Positions 47,629 through 57,106 of a DNA stretch of 64,000 nt are shown one piece after another. The first letter of the stretch is position 1, and each line of letters begins with the position of its first letter. The stretch lies in the NCBI GenBank assembly GCA_965230955.1, contig OZ246404.1:685426-749425 (forward strand), in the 5' to 3' direction. The notes beneath the pieces are model-generated. The model saw nothing but the letters and a program-made list of their open reading frames with translations. It ran no database searches and was not told the DNA's origin. A program made the position numbers and the translations under genes. The stretch comes from an uncultured Candidatus Saccharibacteria bacterium (GTDB lineage Bacteria; Patescibacteriota; CALEFQ01).

Positions 47629-49635
47629 TTATTTGCTTTTGCTACTCAAGACCTGATTGCACTCATAATGTTCCCCGGAAATGTAACCGTGTTCCGGACA
47701 GATGCTGAAAGTCGGCGTAATGGTAAAATACGGCAGATGGAAATTATAAGCGATCGCTTTTACCAGTTTGCCGCAAGTTTCGGGATCGCTGATTCGCTCG
47801 CCCAAAAAACCGTGGAAGACCGTACCGCCGGTGTACTTGGTCTGTAATTCATCCTGTAATTCCAGCGCCTCAAAGATATCGTCGGTATAATCCACCGGCA
47901 GGTGGGTAGAATTCGTATAATATGGATTCTCTTTGCCGCGAGCAATGATGTCGGGAAATTTTTTCTTGTCGATTTTAGCAAATCGATAAGAAGTCCCCTC
48001 GGCCGGCGTCGCTTCCAAATTATATATATTGCCGGTCTCTTTTTGAAATTTTTCCAATTTGCCCCGCATGAAATCCAGCACCCGAACGGAAAACTGGCGA
48101 CCTTCTTCGGTTGACATATTGACATCGGGACCGAAAAAGTTCTGGAGCGCTTCATTCATGCCATTTATGCCAATCGTCGCAAAATGATGCTCCAGACTGC
48201 CTAAATATCTTTTGGTATAAGGCAATAAACCATTATCCATATTGCGCTGAACCATTTCCCGCTTAATTTCAAGCGATTTTTTGCCCAGATCCATCAATCG
48301 ACCTAGTCGCGACATAAATTCTTCTTCGTTTTTAGCCTGGTAGCCAATCCGGGGCAAATTTATGGTGATGACGCCCAGAGAACCGGTTTTTTCACCAGAG
48401 CCAAAGAGGCCGCCGGTCTTTTGTTTAAGCTTGCGCAAATCCATCTGAAGACGGCAACACATACTGCGAACATCACTCGGTTTGAGCTCGCTATTGATGA
48501 AATTTTGAAAATAAGGCAAGCCGTATTTGGCCGTCATTTCAAACAAAAGCTTGGCATTGTCTGATTCCCAATCAAATTCTTTGGTAATGTTATAGGTCGG
48601 GATCGGAAAAGTAAAAATCCGCCCCTTCATGTCACCAGCCAACATGACTTCAATGAAGGCTTTATTGATCATGTCCATTTCCCGCTGGTAATCTCCGTAT
48701 TTGGTGTCCAGAATTTTACCGCCGACAATTACATTTTGATTTTTAAGGTCGGCCGGCACGGTCCAGTCAAAAGTCAGATTAGTAAATGGCGTCTGGCACC
48801 CCCAACGTGAGGGAGTATTCATACTAAAAACAAATTGTTGGATGTTTTGCTTTACCCTTTTGTAGTCACACTTATCGGCTCTGACAAAAGGCGCCAAATA
48901 GGTATCAAACGAACTGAAAGCCTGAGCGCCCGCCCATTCGTTTTGCAGCGTACCCAGAAAATTAATCAGCTGGCCGATGACGGTTTCCAAATGCTTGGCC
49001 GGACCGGATTCAACCTTAGAAGGAACTCCATTGAATCCTTCCAAGAGTAAATCTTTTAAGCTCCACCCGGCACAATAGCCGTTAATACCCATGGACAGAT
49101 CGTGAATATGCAAATCGCCGCTCTTGTGGGCATCGGAAATTTCCCGAGGATAGATATTTTCCAGGACATAATTGGCAATAATCGACCCGGATAAATGAAG
49201 AGCCAACCCGGAAAAAGAATAATTCACATTACTGTTTTCATTGACCCGCCAGTCTTCCCGTTTCAGGTATTCATCCATCGTCTTGGTGGCATCAACCAAA
49301 ATAGTTTTGGTATCGCGGATTTTTCGATGCTGCTCGCGATACAGAATATAAGCCTTGGCGGTATCAGCATATCCCGCATGAATTAAAACCCGCTCGACGA
49401 CATCCTGTACTTCCTCCACGGCCGGAATATATCCTTTGTCCTTGCCAGATAGTCTCTTTTCTAATTCAGCCACCGCGCGCCAAGCCAGATTACTGGCGGT
49501 CTCTCGATCTTTTCCTCCGACAGATTGAGCGGCTTTAAAAATAGCAGATTCCATTCGATTAACATCAAAATCGACGATCCGCCCATCACGCTTGCGCACT
49601 TTCTCAAAAGGTACAGTCTGTTTTATTTTGGTCAT
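47629..49635 (-). CDS. nrdD: Anaerobic (class III) ribonucleoside-triphosphate reductase, large part lacking the glycyl-radical tail
   Basis: ATP-cone (VRKRDGR, VEEVQD.VE), HIHDL, YCAGWS, RSMCCRL, NLEATPAEGTSYR, YTGGT; ends at CPEHGYISGEHYEC...stop. Confidence 0.95.
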   Translation of the reverse strand: MTKIKQTVPFEKVRKRDGRIVDFDVNRMESAIFKAAQSVGGKDRETASNLAWRAVAELEKRLSGKDKGYIPAVEEVQDVVERVLIHAGYADTAKAYILYREQHRKIRDTKTILVDATKTMDEYLKREDWRVNENSNVNYSFSGLALHLSGSIIANYVLENIYPREISDAHKSGDLHIHDLSMGINGYCAGWSLKDLLLEGFNGVPSKVESGPAKHLETVIGQLINFLGTLQNEWAGAQAFSSFDTYLAPFVRADKCDYKRVKQNIQQFVFSMNTPSRWGCQTPFTNLTFDWTVPADLKNQNVIVGGKILDTKYGDYQREMDMINKAFIEVMLAGDMKGRIFTFPIPTYNITKEFDWESDNAKLLFEMTAKYGLPYFQNFINSELKPSDVRSMCCRLQMDLRKLKQKTGGLFGSGEKTGSLGVITINLPRIGYQAKNEEEFMSRLGRLMDLGKKSLEIKREMVQRNMDNGLLPYTKRYLGSLEHHFATIGINGMNEALQNFFGPDVNMSTEEGRQFSVRVLDFMRGKLEKFQKETGNIYNLEATPAEGTSYRFAKIDKKKFPDIIARGKENPYYTNSTHLPVDYTDDIFEALELQDELQTKYTGGTVFHGFLGERISDPETCGKLVKAIAYNFHLPYFTITPTFSICPEHGYISGEHYECNQVLSSKSK

Positions 49636-49682
49636 GGAGGTTTGCTTCCTGCCGGCGGACAGTGACACTGCCTACCGTTTTA

Positions 49683-50132
49683 TTATTGAAATTTTTTTAG
49701 TTCCTGAGAAAAGCTGTCGATACTATCAAAGGAGCGATAAACCGAAGCGAAACGTATATATCCGACTTCGTCCCAATTTTTCATCTCTTTTAGAACAATC
49801 TCGCCAATTTTTCCTGTCTTTATCTTTCCCTGCTCGGCGACATTGACCACTTCCCGTTCGATATTAGCCAAAATGGTTTTAATTTCCTTTTCACTAACCG
49901 GCCGCTTCTTCAGCGCCTGACGCAAACCCACTTCAATCTTTTCCAAGCTATAGGGTTCAACTCGGCCGTCTTTCTTGATTACACTGAGATCGAGGACTTC
50001 CAACTGCTCATAGGTGCTAAAACGCGCTTTACATTTCAAACACTCGCGACGGCGGCGGATAGCCTGCCCCTCATCCACCTCGCGCGAATCGATCACTTTC
50101 GATTCACTTTTTTCACAGACCGGACAATTCAT
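49683..50132 (-). CDS. nrdR: Transcriptional repressor NrdR
   Basis: CPVC..VIDSR..RRRRECLKC..RFSTYE, YIRFASVY. Confidence 0.97.
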   Translation of the reverse strand: MNCPVCEKSESKVIDSREVDEGQAIRRRRECLKCKARFSTYEQLEVLDLSVIKKDGRVEPYSLEKIEVGLRQALKKRPVSEKEIKTILANIEREVVNVAEQGKIKTGKIGEIVLKEMKNWDEVGYIRFASVYRSFDSIDSFSQELKKFQ

Positions 50133-50237
50133 ATATTTTCAGCCAAATTTGAGGTCAAAAAAATACCTAGCCGTTCACCCGTGGTTTCCTAAGAAAGAGC
50201 TATTTATCCACGACCAGAAAGATTTTCTACCAGCTGG

Positions 50238-50285
50238 CCTCTAGATATAGTGCTAATATTTTTATTATAGCACTATATATAAATC
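50238..50285. promoter_or_regulatory. Tandem NrdR boxes
   Basis: cctctagatatagtgc (50238-50253) and gcactatatataaatc (50270-50285) resemble acaCwAtATaTwGtg and are 32 bp apart. Confidence 0.7.
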
Positions 50286-50377
50286 TCTAAAAGTTCCCTC
50301 CCTACCTGAATATTTAGCTTATAATAAAGGAAAACTACCAGTATTTATATCACTTATGTATAACCACGGGGTATTTC

Positions 50378-50386
50378 TGTGGATAA
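50378..50386 (-). promoter_or_regulatory. DnaA box
   Basis: TGTGGATAA is the exact reverse complement of TTATCCACA; a one-mismatch TTATCCACG lies at 50204-50212. Confidence 0.5.
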
Positions 50387-50626
50387 CTCTAATGTTTTCC
50401 GAAGCAATTGAAATTTTTTTAGAAAATCCCCCAGCCAATCTGTCAAACACCCTGCCGAATAAAAATTTTCGCGGTTGAAAAAAATTTTCCGGCGAAAAGT
50501 TTTTTTATTGTAGCAGTCCTTTACCCGACTGGGAAGTTTTTTTCTGGGGATAAATAAAAGTCCGGCCAGAATAGTCCCCGCTGGCAAAAAAAAACGGTGA
50601 CTCCGAACGTTTTAACGGCCAAAACA

Positions 50627-50656
50627 AAAGCTGGTTGACTCGCGCCAACCAGCTTT
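50627..50656 (-). terminator. ftsZ terminator
   Basis: AAAGCTGGTTG...CAACCAGCTTT hairpin followed by Ts on the minus strand. Confidence 0.7.
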
Positions 50657-50671
50657 ATGTTTTCTAGAATA

Positions 50672-51871
50672 CTATTTCATCTTCCGGCGAATAAAAGCAG
50701 GAATATCCAGTTCTTCCTCGTTAGCCACTTCTTCCTTGGCAGTAGCGGTGACGAGAGCCGGCTTCTTTTTCTGGAAAGAAGCGGCATTTTTCTTATTATC
50801 TACTTCGACGCTATGCTTTTGGAAAAGAGATGCACTGGGTTTTCCGGGTTCGATCGTCGTCCCCCACGGGGTACGGATCGGGCGTTCTTTCTTTTCAACT
50901 TTTTTGACTTTCTTGGACGCTTCATCGAAACCGGTCGCAACCACGGTGATACGGAATTCGCCTTTTTCCATCGATTCATCAATGACGGCACCAAAGATAA
51001 CCTTTGCCTCCGGATCAGCCGACTCGGTAATAATCTTGGCCGCTTCGTCAATTTCAAACATTCCGAGATCCGGTCCACCGGTAATATTGAAGAGAATACC
51101 CTTAGCTCCGTCAATCGACATTTCCAGCAACGGACTGTCAATCGCTTTCTTGGCCGCTTCCACCGCTCGATTTTCACCGTTTGCTTGACCGATACCCATC
51201 AGAGCCGAGCCGGTGTTTTGCATGATCGCCTGGACGTCGGCGAAATCAACATTAACCACCCCGGGAACCGTTATTAAATCTGAAATCCCTTGGACACCCT
51301 GGCGCAACACATCATCTACAATAGAGAAAGCTTCCAGCAACGAAGTTTTGCGATCGATAATCTGTAGCAAACGATCATTGGGAATAGTGATTAGAGTGTC
51401 GACGCGCTGCCCCATTTCGTTCATCCCTTCTTCCGCAATCGCCCGACGCTGTGAACCCTCAAAAGTAAAAGGTTTGGTTACAACGGCGACCGTCAAGGCA
51501 CCGACTTCTTTTGCGATATCAGCAATAACCGGAGCGGCACCGGTCCCGGTTCCGCCACCGGCTCCATAAGTGACAAAAACCATGTCGGCTCCTTCCAGGG
51601 CCTTCTTGAGATCTTCTTGGGATTCTTCCGCCGCACTTCGGCCGATTTCCGGATTCATGCCGGCACCGAGCCCTTTGGTCAGAGTCTTTCCGATCTGAAC
51701 TTTTTTGGGAGCTTGGTTGTGATGCAGTGCCTGAGCATCAGTATTAACCGCAATAAATTCGATCCCCTTGAGCCGGGATTCCATCATGCGGGTAATGGCA
51801 TTGCCGCCACCGCCGCCGACGCCAACAACTTTGATTTTGGCGAAGGTTTCGAGTTCTGGCTTGATTTCCAT
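50672..51871 (-). CDS. ftsZ: Cell division protein FtsZ
   Basis: [24 protein letters not shown]-terminal LDIPAFIR. Confidence 0.99.
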   Translation of the reverse strand: MEIKPELETFAKIKVVGVGGGGGNAITRMMESRLKGIEFIAVNTDAQALHHNQAPKKVQIGKTLTKGLGAGMNPEIGRSAAEESQEDLKKALEGADMVFVTYGAGGGTGTGAAPVIADIAKEVGALTVAVVTKPFTFEGSQRRAIAEEGMNEMGQRVDTLITIPNDRLLQIIDRKTSLLEAFSIVDDVLRQGVQGISDLITVPGVVNVDFADVQAIMQNTGSALMGIGQANGENRAVEAAKKAIDSPLLEMSIDGAKGILFNITGGPDLGMFEIDEAAKIITESADPEAKVIFGAVIDESMEKGEFRITVVATGFDEASKKVKKVEKKERPIRTPWGTTIEPGKPSASLFQKHSVEVDNKKNAASFQKKKPALVTATAKEEVANEEELDIPAFIRRKMK

Positions 51872-51937
51872 AAAATTACATCTTTATGGTGTAACTTTTC
51901 TCACACCAGCTCGAGAAAAAGTTCACTCATTTATTAA

Positions 51938-51992
51938 TTAAGTTAAAAGTCAAAGGTCAAAAGTCGAAACTTTTTACTTTTGACTTTTTACT
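51938..51992. repeat. Heptamer palindromic element, family B
   Basis: aagttaaaagtcaaaggtcaaaagtc ... tttttacttttgactttttactt. Confidence 0.75.
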
Positions 51993-52000
51993 TAGTAATA

Positions 52001-52025
52001 AAAATGCCCCGAGGTGTCTCGGGGC
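52001..52025 (-). terminator. Hairpin between ftsA and ftsZ
   Basis: GCCCCGAG-GTGT-CTCGGGGC followed by ATTTT on the minus strand. Confidence 0.55.
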
Positions 52026-52042
52026 GCAACTATTATAGTTGT

Positions 52043-53287
52043 TTATGGCAGGAAGGTTTTGAACCACTTCTTCATTTTCCCGACAGTATCGGAAACGGAA
52101 GAAGGTAAACCGCCGCGTTTGAAACGGCCGGTTCGAACCTCGGTTCCTGCACCCCATAAGACTAAACCTACGGCTGTGGCAAAAGAAGGATCTTCAATCT
52201 TATCGACGGCGACCGGAATTCCAGTCGGCAAACCAATTTGCGCCGGCAAGCGTAATTCTTCTTTGGCATAGTCGACAATGTCAGGCATCTTGGCTCCGCC
52301 TCCGGTCAAAACAACACCGGCGGGAAGCTGCCCGCTTTTGCCAACCTTGCGTAATTCTTTATCAACGAGCGAAAATATTTCCGACAATCTGGCTTCGACA
52401 ATTTCAGCGATTTCTTTGCGATCAACAGTCTGAGCTTCGTGACGATCGATTTTAGCCAGGTTGATTTCTTCTTTTTCAGTGATAGTCGAAGGCAAAGCAG
52501 TTCCGTATTCCAATTTGACCGTTTCGGCCACATCAACCGAAGTCCTGAGTCCGATCGCGATATCATTTGTAATATGTTCGGCTCCGACCGGTAAAACTTT
52601 GGTATGGATCAAATCGCCTTCTTCGTACGCGATCAAACTGGTGGTACCCGCCCCGACATCAACCAGGACTACACCCAATTCCTTTTGGCGCTTGGTCAAT
52701 ACCGCTTCCGCGGCTGCCAAAGGAGAAAGAACCAAATCATCAATATCAACTCCGGCACGATATATGCATTTCGTCAGATTTTTAATGAAAGACGACGCTC
52801 CTTGGATAATGTGGGCTTCCACTTCCAGCCGGACGCCGCTCATGCCAATCGGATCTTTGATACCTTCTTGATCATCGACAATAAAAGTTTTAGGAATAAC
52901 ATGTAGAATTTCCCGATTGCTTGGTAAAGAAATGGCCTGAGCCGCTTCTATCACTCGGGAAACATCATCTTCGCCGATTTCACCATCCGCCCGCGAGACC
53001 GCAATTACGCCTCGGCTCAATTGCGAAGTTACGTGGGCGCCGCCGATGGAAACATAAGCCGATTCAATCGGAAAGCCGGTAACTCTTTCCGCCTTTTCCA
53101 GGGCAGTGGAAATGCTGCCCACTGCTTCTTCCACATCAACAATCACGCCACGTCGGATTCCGGAAGACGGAGCCAGACCGACACCAATAATATGAGGCTT
53201 TTCATCATTCGCCGCATACTGTCCGACTAACACTCGGACTATACTGGAGCCGATATCCAGACCAACAATTATTTCTTCTTTAGCCAT
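52043..53287 (-). CDS. ftsA: Cell division protein FtsA
   Basis: GLDIGSS, P.GMSGVRLE, VDVGAGTT, VLTGGGA, ATAVGL; start set at ATG 53287. Confidence 0.97.
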   Translation of the reverse strand: MAKEEIIVGLDIGSSIVRVLVGQYAANDEKPHIIGVGLAPSSGIRRGVIVDVEEAVGSISTALEKAERVTGFPIESAYVSIGGAHVTSQLSRGVIAVSRADGEIGEDDVSRVIEAAQAISLPSNREILHVIPKTFIVDDQEGIKDPIGMSGVRLEVEAHIIQGASSFIKNLTKCIYRAGVDIDDLVLSPLAAAEAVLTKRQKELGVVLVDVGAGTTSLIAYEEGDLIHTKVLPVGAEHITNDIAIGLRTSVDVAETVKLEYGTALPSTITEKEEINLAKIDRHEAQTVDRKEIAEIVEARLSEIFSLVDKELRKVGKSGQLPAGVVLTGGGAKMPDIVDYAKEELRLPAQIGLPTGIPVAVDKIEDPSFATAVGLVLWGAGTEVRTGRFKRGGLPSSVSDTVGKMKKWFKTFLP

Positions 53288-53374
53288 TCGCTTGAGGAAG
53301 AAGCTCGGGAGATTGAACAAATTTACTGTTCTTCGAAACCCGCGGTTTTGTTCAAATCAACCTCTGCGTTCTTA

Positions 53375-53402
53375 ATTATAATTAGTTTACCGATAAAGTC
53401 AA
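53375..53402 (-). promoter_or_regulatory. Promoter of ftsAZ
   Basis: TTGACT-16 nt-TATAAT. Confidence 0.65.
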
Positions 53403-53406
53403 TGCA

Positions 53407-53796
53407 CTAGGAAAAACAATTTACAATTTTTGGGATGATAATCAGCGAGCCCACCACCGCCGAACCGAGAGCCGCTACCAGGACCCCGCCCGCGGTCATG
53501 TCTTTCATGATACCGACGGCACGATTAAACTTAGGGTCGATATAGTCTAGTAAATTTTCGAGAGCGGTATTTAGCAATTCCAAGGACAGAACAATCATGA
53601 TACACAAACAGATCACCGCCCATTCGACCAGAGTCGCATTGATCAGGAACATGACCGCGATAACTCCCACTGCAGCCACGACTTCTATTTTGAAATTTCT
53701 TTCACTCTTGATGACCGCGCCAATCCCCTTGAAGGCAGATCTAAAACTATTACCGATCGTTCCTTGATTTTTGAAGACCTCTTTATCGTCAGACAT
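53407..53796 (-). CDS. dgkA: DgkA-family diacylglycerol/undecaprenol kinase
   Basis: SF..A..G, E.NF, ELLNTALE, KD..AG.V. Confidence 0.9.
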   Translation of the reverse strand: MSDDKEVFKNQGTIGNSFRSAFKGIGAVIKSERNFKIEVVAAVGVIAVMFLINATLVEWAVICLCIMIVLSLELLNTALENLLDYIDPKFNRAVGIMKDMTAGGVLVAALGSAVVGSLIIIPKIVNCFS

Positions 53797-54217
53797 GGAA
53801 TTGCCGTACTAATTTATCTTGGAGAGTGAACATCTTCTGGGCTTGTTTAAGCGAAACATTCTCGTGCTCATAACCAGCCAGGTGCAGTATACCATGAATA
53901 ATCAACCAAAGGAACGCCCGACTTAAACTGATGTTTCGTTCAGAGGTTATCTTCACCGCCTCATCATGACACAATACAATTTCACCTTGAATTCCCGGGA
54001 CCGAACGCTGGTGCAGATCAAAACTTAGCACATCGGTTGGTTTATTTTTACCGCGGTAAACTCGATTCCAGCGTTTCATCTTGATCCGCCCGACGATAAC
54101 CACACTAACATCTATCGGTTCGCTCAGTTTGAGTTTGCGGATAACCTGTTTGATTTTTTTTATCAGCCAACCGGGCTTCACCCGCGCCGCGGTCAAATTA
54201 GTTATCGTGATTTCCAT
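53789..54217 (-). CDS. ybeY: rRNA maturation endoribonuclease YbeY
   Basis: YRGKNKPTDVLSF, HGILHLAGYEH. Confidence 0.95.
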   Translation of the reverse strand: MEITITNLTAARVKPGWLIKKIKQVIRKLKLSEPIDVSVVIVGRIKMKRWNRVYRGKNKPTDVLSFDLHQRSVPGIQGEIVLCHDEAVKITSERNISLSRAFLWLIIHGILHLAGYEHENVSLKQAQKMFTLQDKLVRQFHV

Positions 54218-54337
54218 GGAAATAAATTATTCCGGCGAAACAACAAGCCATGTAATTATTTACGCCGATGACGCACAGTTGTTCAACTTGTCCACAGGGG
54301 CTGTTCGAGTCAGAAAACCATCGAGCACATTTATTGT

Positions 54338-54793
54338 TCAACTCTGTTTCTTCGTCAGTTCCTGACGAACCAGCTTTTGAACTAGAGTACCGTCAGCTTT
54401 ACCCTTTAGTTCTTTCATGGCCAGACCCATAACCTTACCCATATCAGCCGGACCGGAGGCGCCGGACTGACTAACAGCCCTGGCAACCACTTCGGCTATT
54501 TGCTTCTCCGATAGCTGGGCCGGCATGTATTTCATGAGCAGGTCGATTTCTTTTTGCTCCTTGGTCGCCAGATCTTGGCGCTGGCCGGAAGTGTACTGCG
54601 AAACCGAATCCTTCCGCTGTTTTATCTCGTGACTGATAATCGCTATCAAATCGCTATCGGTTAATTCCCCTTTTTTGTCGATTTCCCGGTAGCGGATAGC
54701 CGTCCGCACCATTGTTAAAACATCCGCTTCAGTTTTCTTTTGGGCCTTGCGAGCCGCAATAAAATCTTGATTGAGCCTATCTTTTATACTCAT
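54338..54793 (-). CDS. GatB/YqeY domain protein
   Basis: KQRKDS..Y..G.R.DL..KE, MGKVMG, GKADG. Confidence 0.93.
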   Translation of the reverse strand: MSIKDRLNQDFIAARKAQKKTEADVLTMVRTAIRYREIDKKGELTDSDLIAIISHEIKQRKDSVSQYTSGQRQDLATKEQKEIDLLMKYMPAQLSEKQIAEVVARAVSQSGASGPADMGKVMGLAMKELKGKADGTLVQKLVRQELTKKQS

Positions 54794-54807
54794 TGTATTT
54801 TAGCAAG

Positions 54808-55131
54808 CTATTTAGATTCGGGACGAGCGGCATTTTGAGCCAAAGTATGTTTTTTTTCAAGAGCCTTGGGACGACGCATTTGAAAAATGCGTTGCTGGCT
54901 ACGGCGGAACTTATGCATACCGAAGCGACCAAGTTTTTTAAGATGTTCTCGTCGTTCCATAATCATGTTTTTGCGCATGGCCTCTTCTTTCAGAATCGTC
55001 CGGCTCTTGGTTTTCTGATGAAAACGAATTTTGCGGGCACGATAAATATTCCCGCTTTGTTGAAGCTTTTTAGTGAAGCGTCGGATCATGCCTTCAATTG
55101 ATTCCCGATCTTTTCGTTTAATTTCAACCAT
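54808..55131 (-). CDS. rpsU: 30S ribosomal protein S21 with C-terminal extension
   Basis: VEIKRKDRESIEGMIRRFTKKLQQSG...RF..K; conserved hit-rpsU-yqeY synteny; start set at ATG 55131. Confidence 0.8.
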   Translation of the reverse strand: MVEIKRKDRESIEGMIRRFTKKLQQSGNIYRARKIRFHQKTKSRTILKEEAMRKNMIMERREHLKKLGRFGMHKFRRSQQRIFQMRRPKALEKKHTLAQNAARPESK

Positions 55132-55212
55132 TAAACTCACCTCTCTTTCAATGCAAGTTATCAAATTAAATTGACCTTTTTAGCAAAGGTTTCGACCAAG
55201 TGATGTGATTCA

Positions 55213-55241
55213 ATAATAATATAAAGGACTTGAAATGTCAA
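55213..55241 (-). promoter_or_regulatory. Promoter of the rpsU operon
   Basis: TTGACA-17 nt-TATTAT. Confidence 0.7.
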
Positions 55242-55331
55242 AGGCTTGCGCCTATTTTACTATTCTGACAATCGCCGCACGTTGGCGGATAATTTAAGCA
55301 AACGGCCATCCTACATTCGCTGAATTTTAAG

Positions 55332-55676
55332 TTAAATTTCACCTTTCAGTTCTTTGCCGCCTAACAAATGCATATGGAGATGAGAAACAAGCATTTCAAC
55401 ATGGGGACCACCTTTGTTGATTACCAGCTTGAAGCCAGTTTCCGCCACCCCTTCACTGGCCGCGATTTTTTTCACACAGAGCATCATTTCCGCCGCTGCC
55501 GCCCGATCCTGCTCTTCCAGTTCCGTGACGGAATTAACATGTCTCTTCGGGACGATTAAGATGTGTGTTGGTGCCAGCGGGTTGATATTCCGAAAGGCAA
55601 CGACCTTGTCTCCCTGATAAACAAAATCCGAAAGCGATTTGCCGGCAATAATTTTGCAAAAGATGCAATCGTCCAT
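55332..55676 (-). CDS. HIT family (Hint-like) protein
   Basis: DCIFCKI, P.APTH.L.VPK.H, HLHMHLLGG. Confidence 0.94.
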   Translation of the reverse strand: MDDCIFCKIIAGKSLSDFVYQGDKVVAFRNINPLAPTHILIVPKRHVNSVTELEEQDRAAAAEMMLCVKKIAASEGVAETGFKLVINKGGPHVEMLVSHLHMHLLGGKELKGEI

Positions 55677-55681
55677 GTTAG

Positions 55682-55716
55682 TGGTCTTTAGTCATTAGTC
55701 TTTGGTCTAGAGACTA
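55682..55716. repeat. Heptamer half-element, family A
   Basis: tggtctttagtcattagtctttggtct. Confidence 0.7.
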
Positions 55717-56970
55717 CTGACTGATTAATGTTGCCAACGTTTGGTTAGCAGTAACGGCCATTATTTTCGCGGTCACTAAAGTATTTGTTTTACCGTCGGA
55801 ATCAAAATTTATTTTGAGCCCGGCCGGGCTTAACCCGGACCGAGAAGTCTCCAACAATACCGTGACTTTTTTGCCGAGCTGGCTACGGCGATACTTCAGA
55901 TTTAATTGATCGCTCAAGCGGCGCAGGCGCCGGCTACGACCGACAATAACCTCTGGACAGAGCTGGCCGGGATAATGACTAGCCTCCGTCCCTTCCCTAT
56001 TAGAATAGCTAAAAACGTGAATTTTCGCAAAGCCTGCCAGGCGACAAAATTCGGCAGTGCGTCGAAAATCAGTCTCACTCTCTCCCGGAAAGCCAACGAT
56101 AACATCGGTCGACATAAAAACCCCGGGAACCGTCTTTTTTATCCGCGCAATCAGTGCCATTAATTGCTTGGCGGAATAGCGTCTTTTCATCATTTTTAAT
56201 ACTCGATCCGATCCGCTCTGGATCGGTAAATGCAGAAAAGGGCAAATCCGCGGCTGTCTGAATAATTTCAATATCTCTGGCGACAGATGCTGAGGTTCGA
56301 TGGAGCTAAATCTAATCCGTGATATCTGTGTCTGGGTCAAGATTTTTTTTACCAGACCGGCCAGCGATAAACCCTGACTGTGGTAGCTGCCAATATGAAC
56401 ACCGGTCAAGACAATTTCTTTGCCCCCCATGGACTCGATTTGTTTAACTTTTCCTAAAATTTTCGCCCCGGGAACACTGTGCGGTTTTCCCCGCCGAAAA
56501 GGCACGATACAATAAGTACAAAACTCATCGCATCCATCTTGAATTTTTAACAAGACCCGAGTCCGACCGTTTGACAACAATGTCTTCCCTGTTTTCAATT
56601 TTTGATTTTGCACTTGCTGGCACAAAAAAGCGCCGAATTTCTTAACTATAATATCCGCCGTCCTCGCTTTATCCTTTAGCGGTATCGCCAAATCGACTTC
56701 CGGCATTTTTTTCAGTTCAGGTTCACTGCACCCCCAAACGACGATTTTTGCCCGGGGCCAACGGTGATGGTAAATCCTGAGCGACTGGCGTGATTTGCGA
56801 GCGGCAACATGAGTGACAGCACAGGTATTGACTATCAAAATATCCGCTCCGGCTTTGCCTGAAACCACGCTGAAACCAGCCGAGGCTAAAGCTTCAGCCA
56901 AATCTTGGCTTTCGGCTTGATTAAGCCGGCAACCAATCGTCAGCAAGCATAAAGAAATAGTTTTCCGCAC
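55714..56970 (-). CDS. mtaB: tRNA methylthiotransferase MtaB (radical SAM)
   Basis: GCRLNQAES, NTCAVT, GCDEFCTYC, R.SSIEP, IVGFPGE, HVF.YS.R.GT.A. Confidence 0.9.
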   Translation of the reverse strand: MRKTISLCLLTIGCRLNQAESQDLAEALASAGFSVVSGKAGADILIVNTCAVTHVAARKSRQSLRIYHHRWPRAKIVVWGCSEPELKKMPEVDLAIPLKDKARTADIIVKKFGAFLCQQVQNQKLKTGKTLLSNGRTRVLLKIQDGCDEFCTYCIVPFRRGKPHSVPGAKILGKVKQIESMGGKEIVLTGVHIGSYHSQGLSLAGLVKKILTQTQISRIRFSSIEPQHLSPEILKLFRQPRICPFLHLPIQSGSDRVLKMMKRRYSAKQLMALIARIKKTVPGVFMSTDVIVGFPGESETDFRRTAEFCRLAGFAKIHVFSYSNREGTEASHYPGQLCPEVIVGRSRRLRRLSDQLNLKYRRSQLGKKVTVLLETSRSGLSPAGLKINFDSDGKTNTLVTAKIMAVTANQTLATLISQ

Positions 56971-57052
56971 AAAAAATAATTATTGGTAAAAGAGGTAAGA
57001 TCCTAAATCAGTAATTTATTAACAGTCTTTCGCCCCGTTCATTTCCAGATCA

Positions 57053-57081
57053 TTGACAAACGGTCCGACTTCATCTAAGCT
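57053..57081 (+). promoter_or_regulatory. Sigma70-type promoter
   Basis: TTGACA-17 nt-TAAGCT. Confidence 0.6.
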
Positions 57082-57106
57082 GGCGGCAACGGAAAGGAGG
57101 GTTTCG

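Noticed and set aside
47596-47631. Stop-codon readthrough or recoding joining NrdD and its tail
   Set aside because: The stop is TAA, which ends many genes here, and the AT-rich spacer would put 25 residues into a CxxC knuckle. A true split is more parsimonious, though reads should be checked.
50133-50671. Replication origin
   Set aside because: Only one perfect DnaA box, no dnaA/dnaN nearby, and no switch in gene orientation at this point
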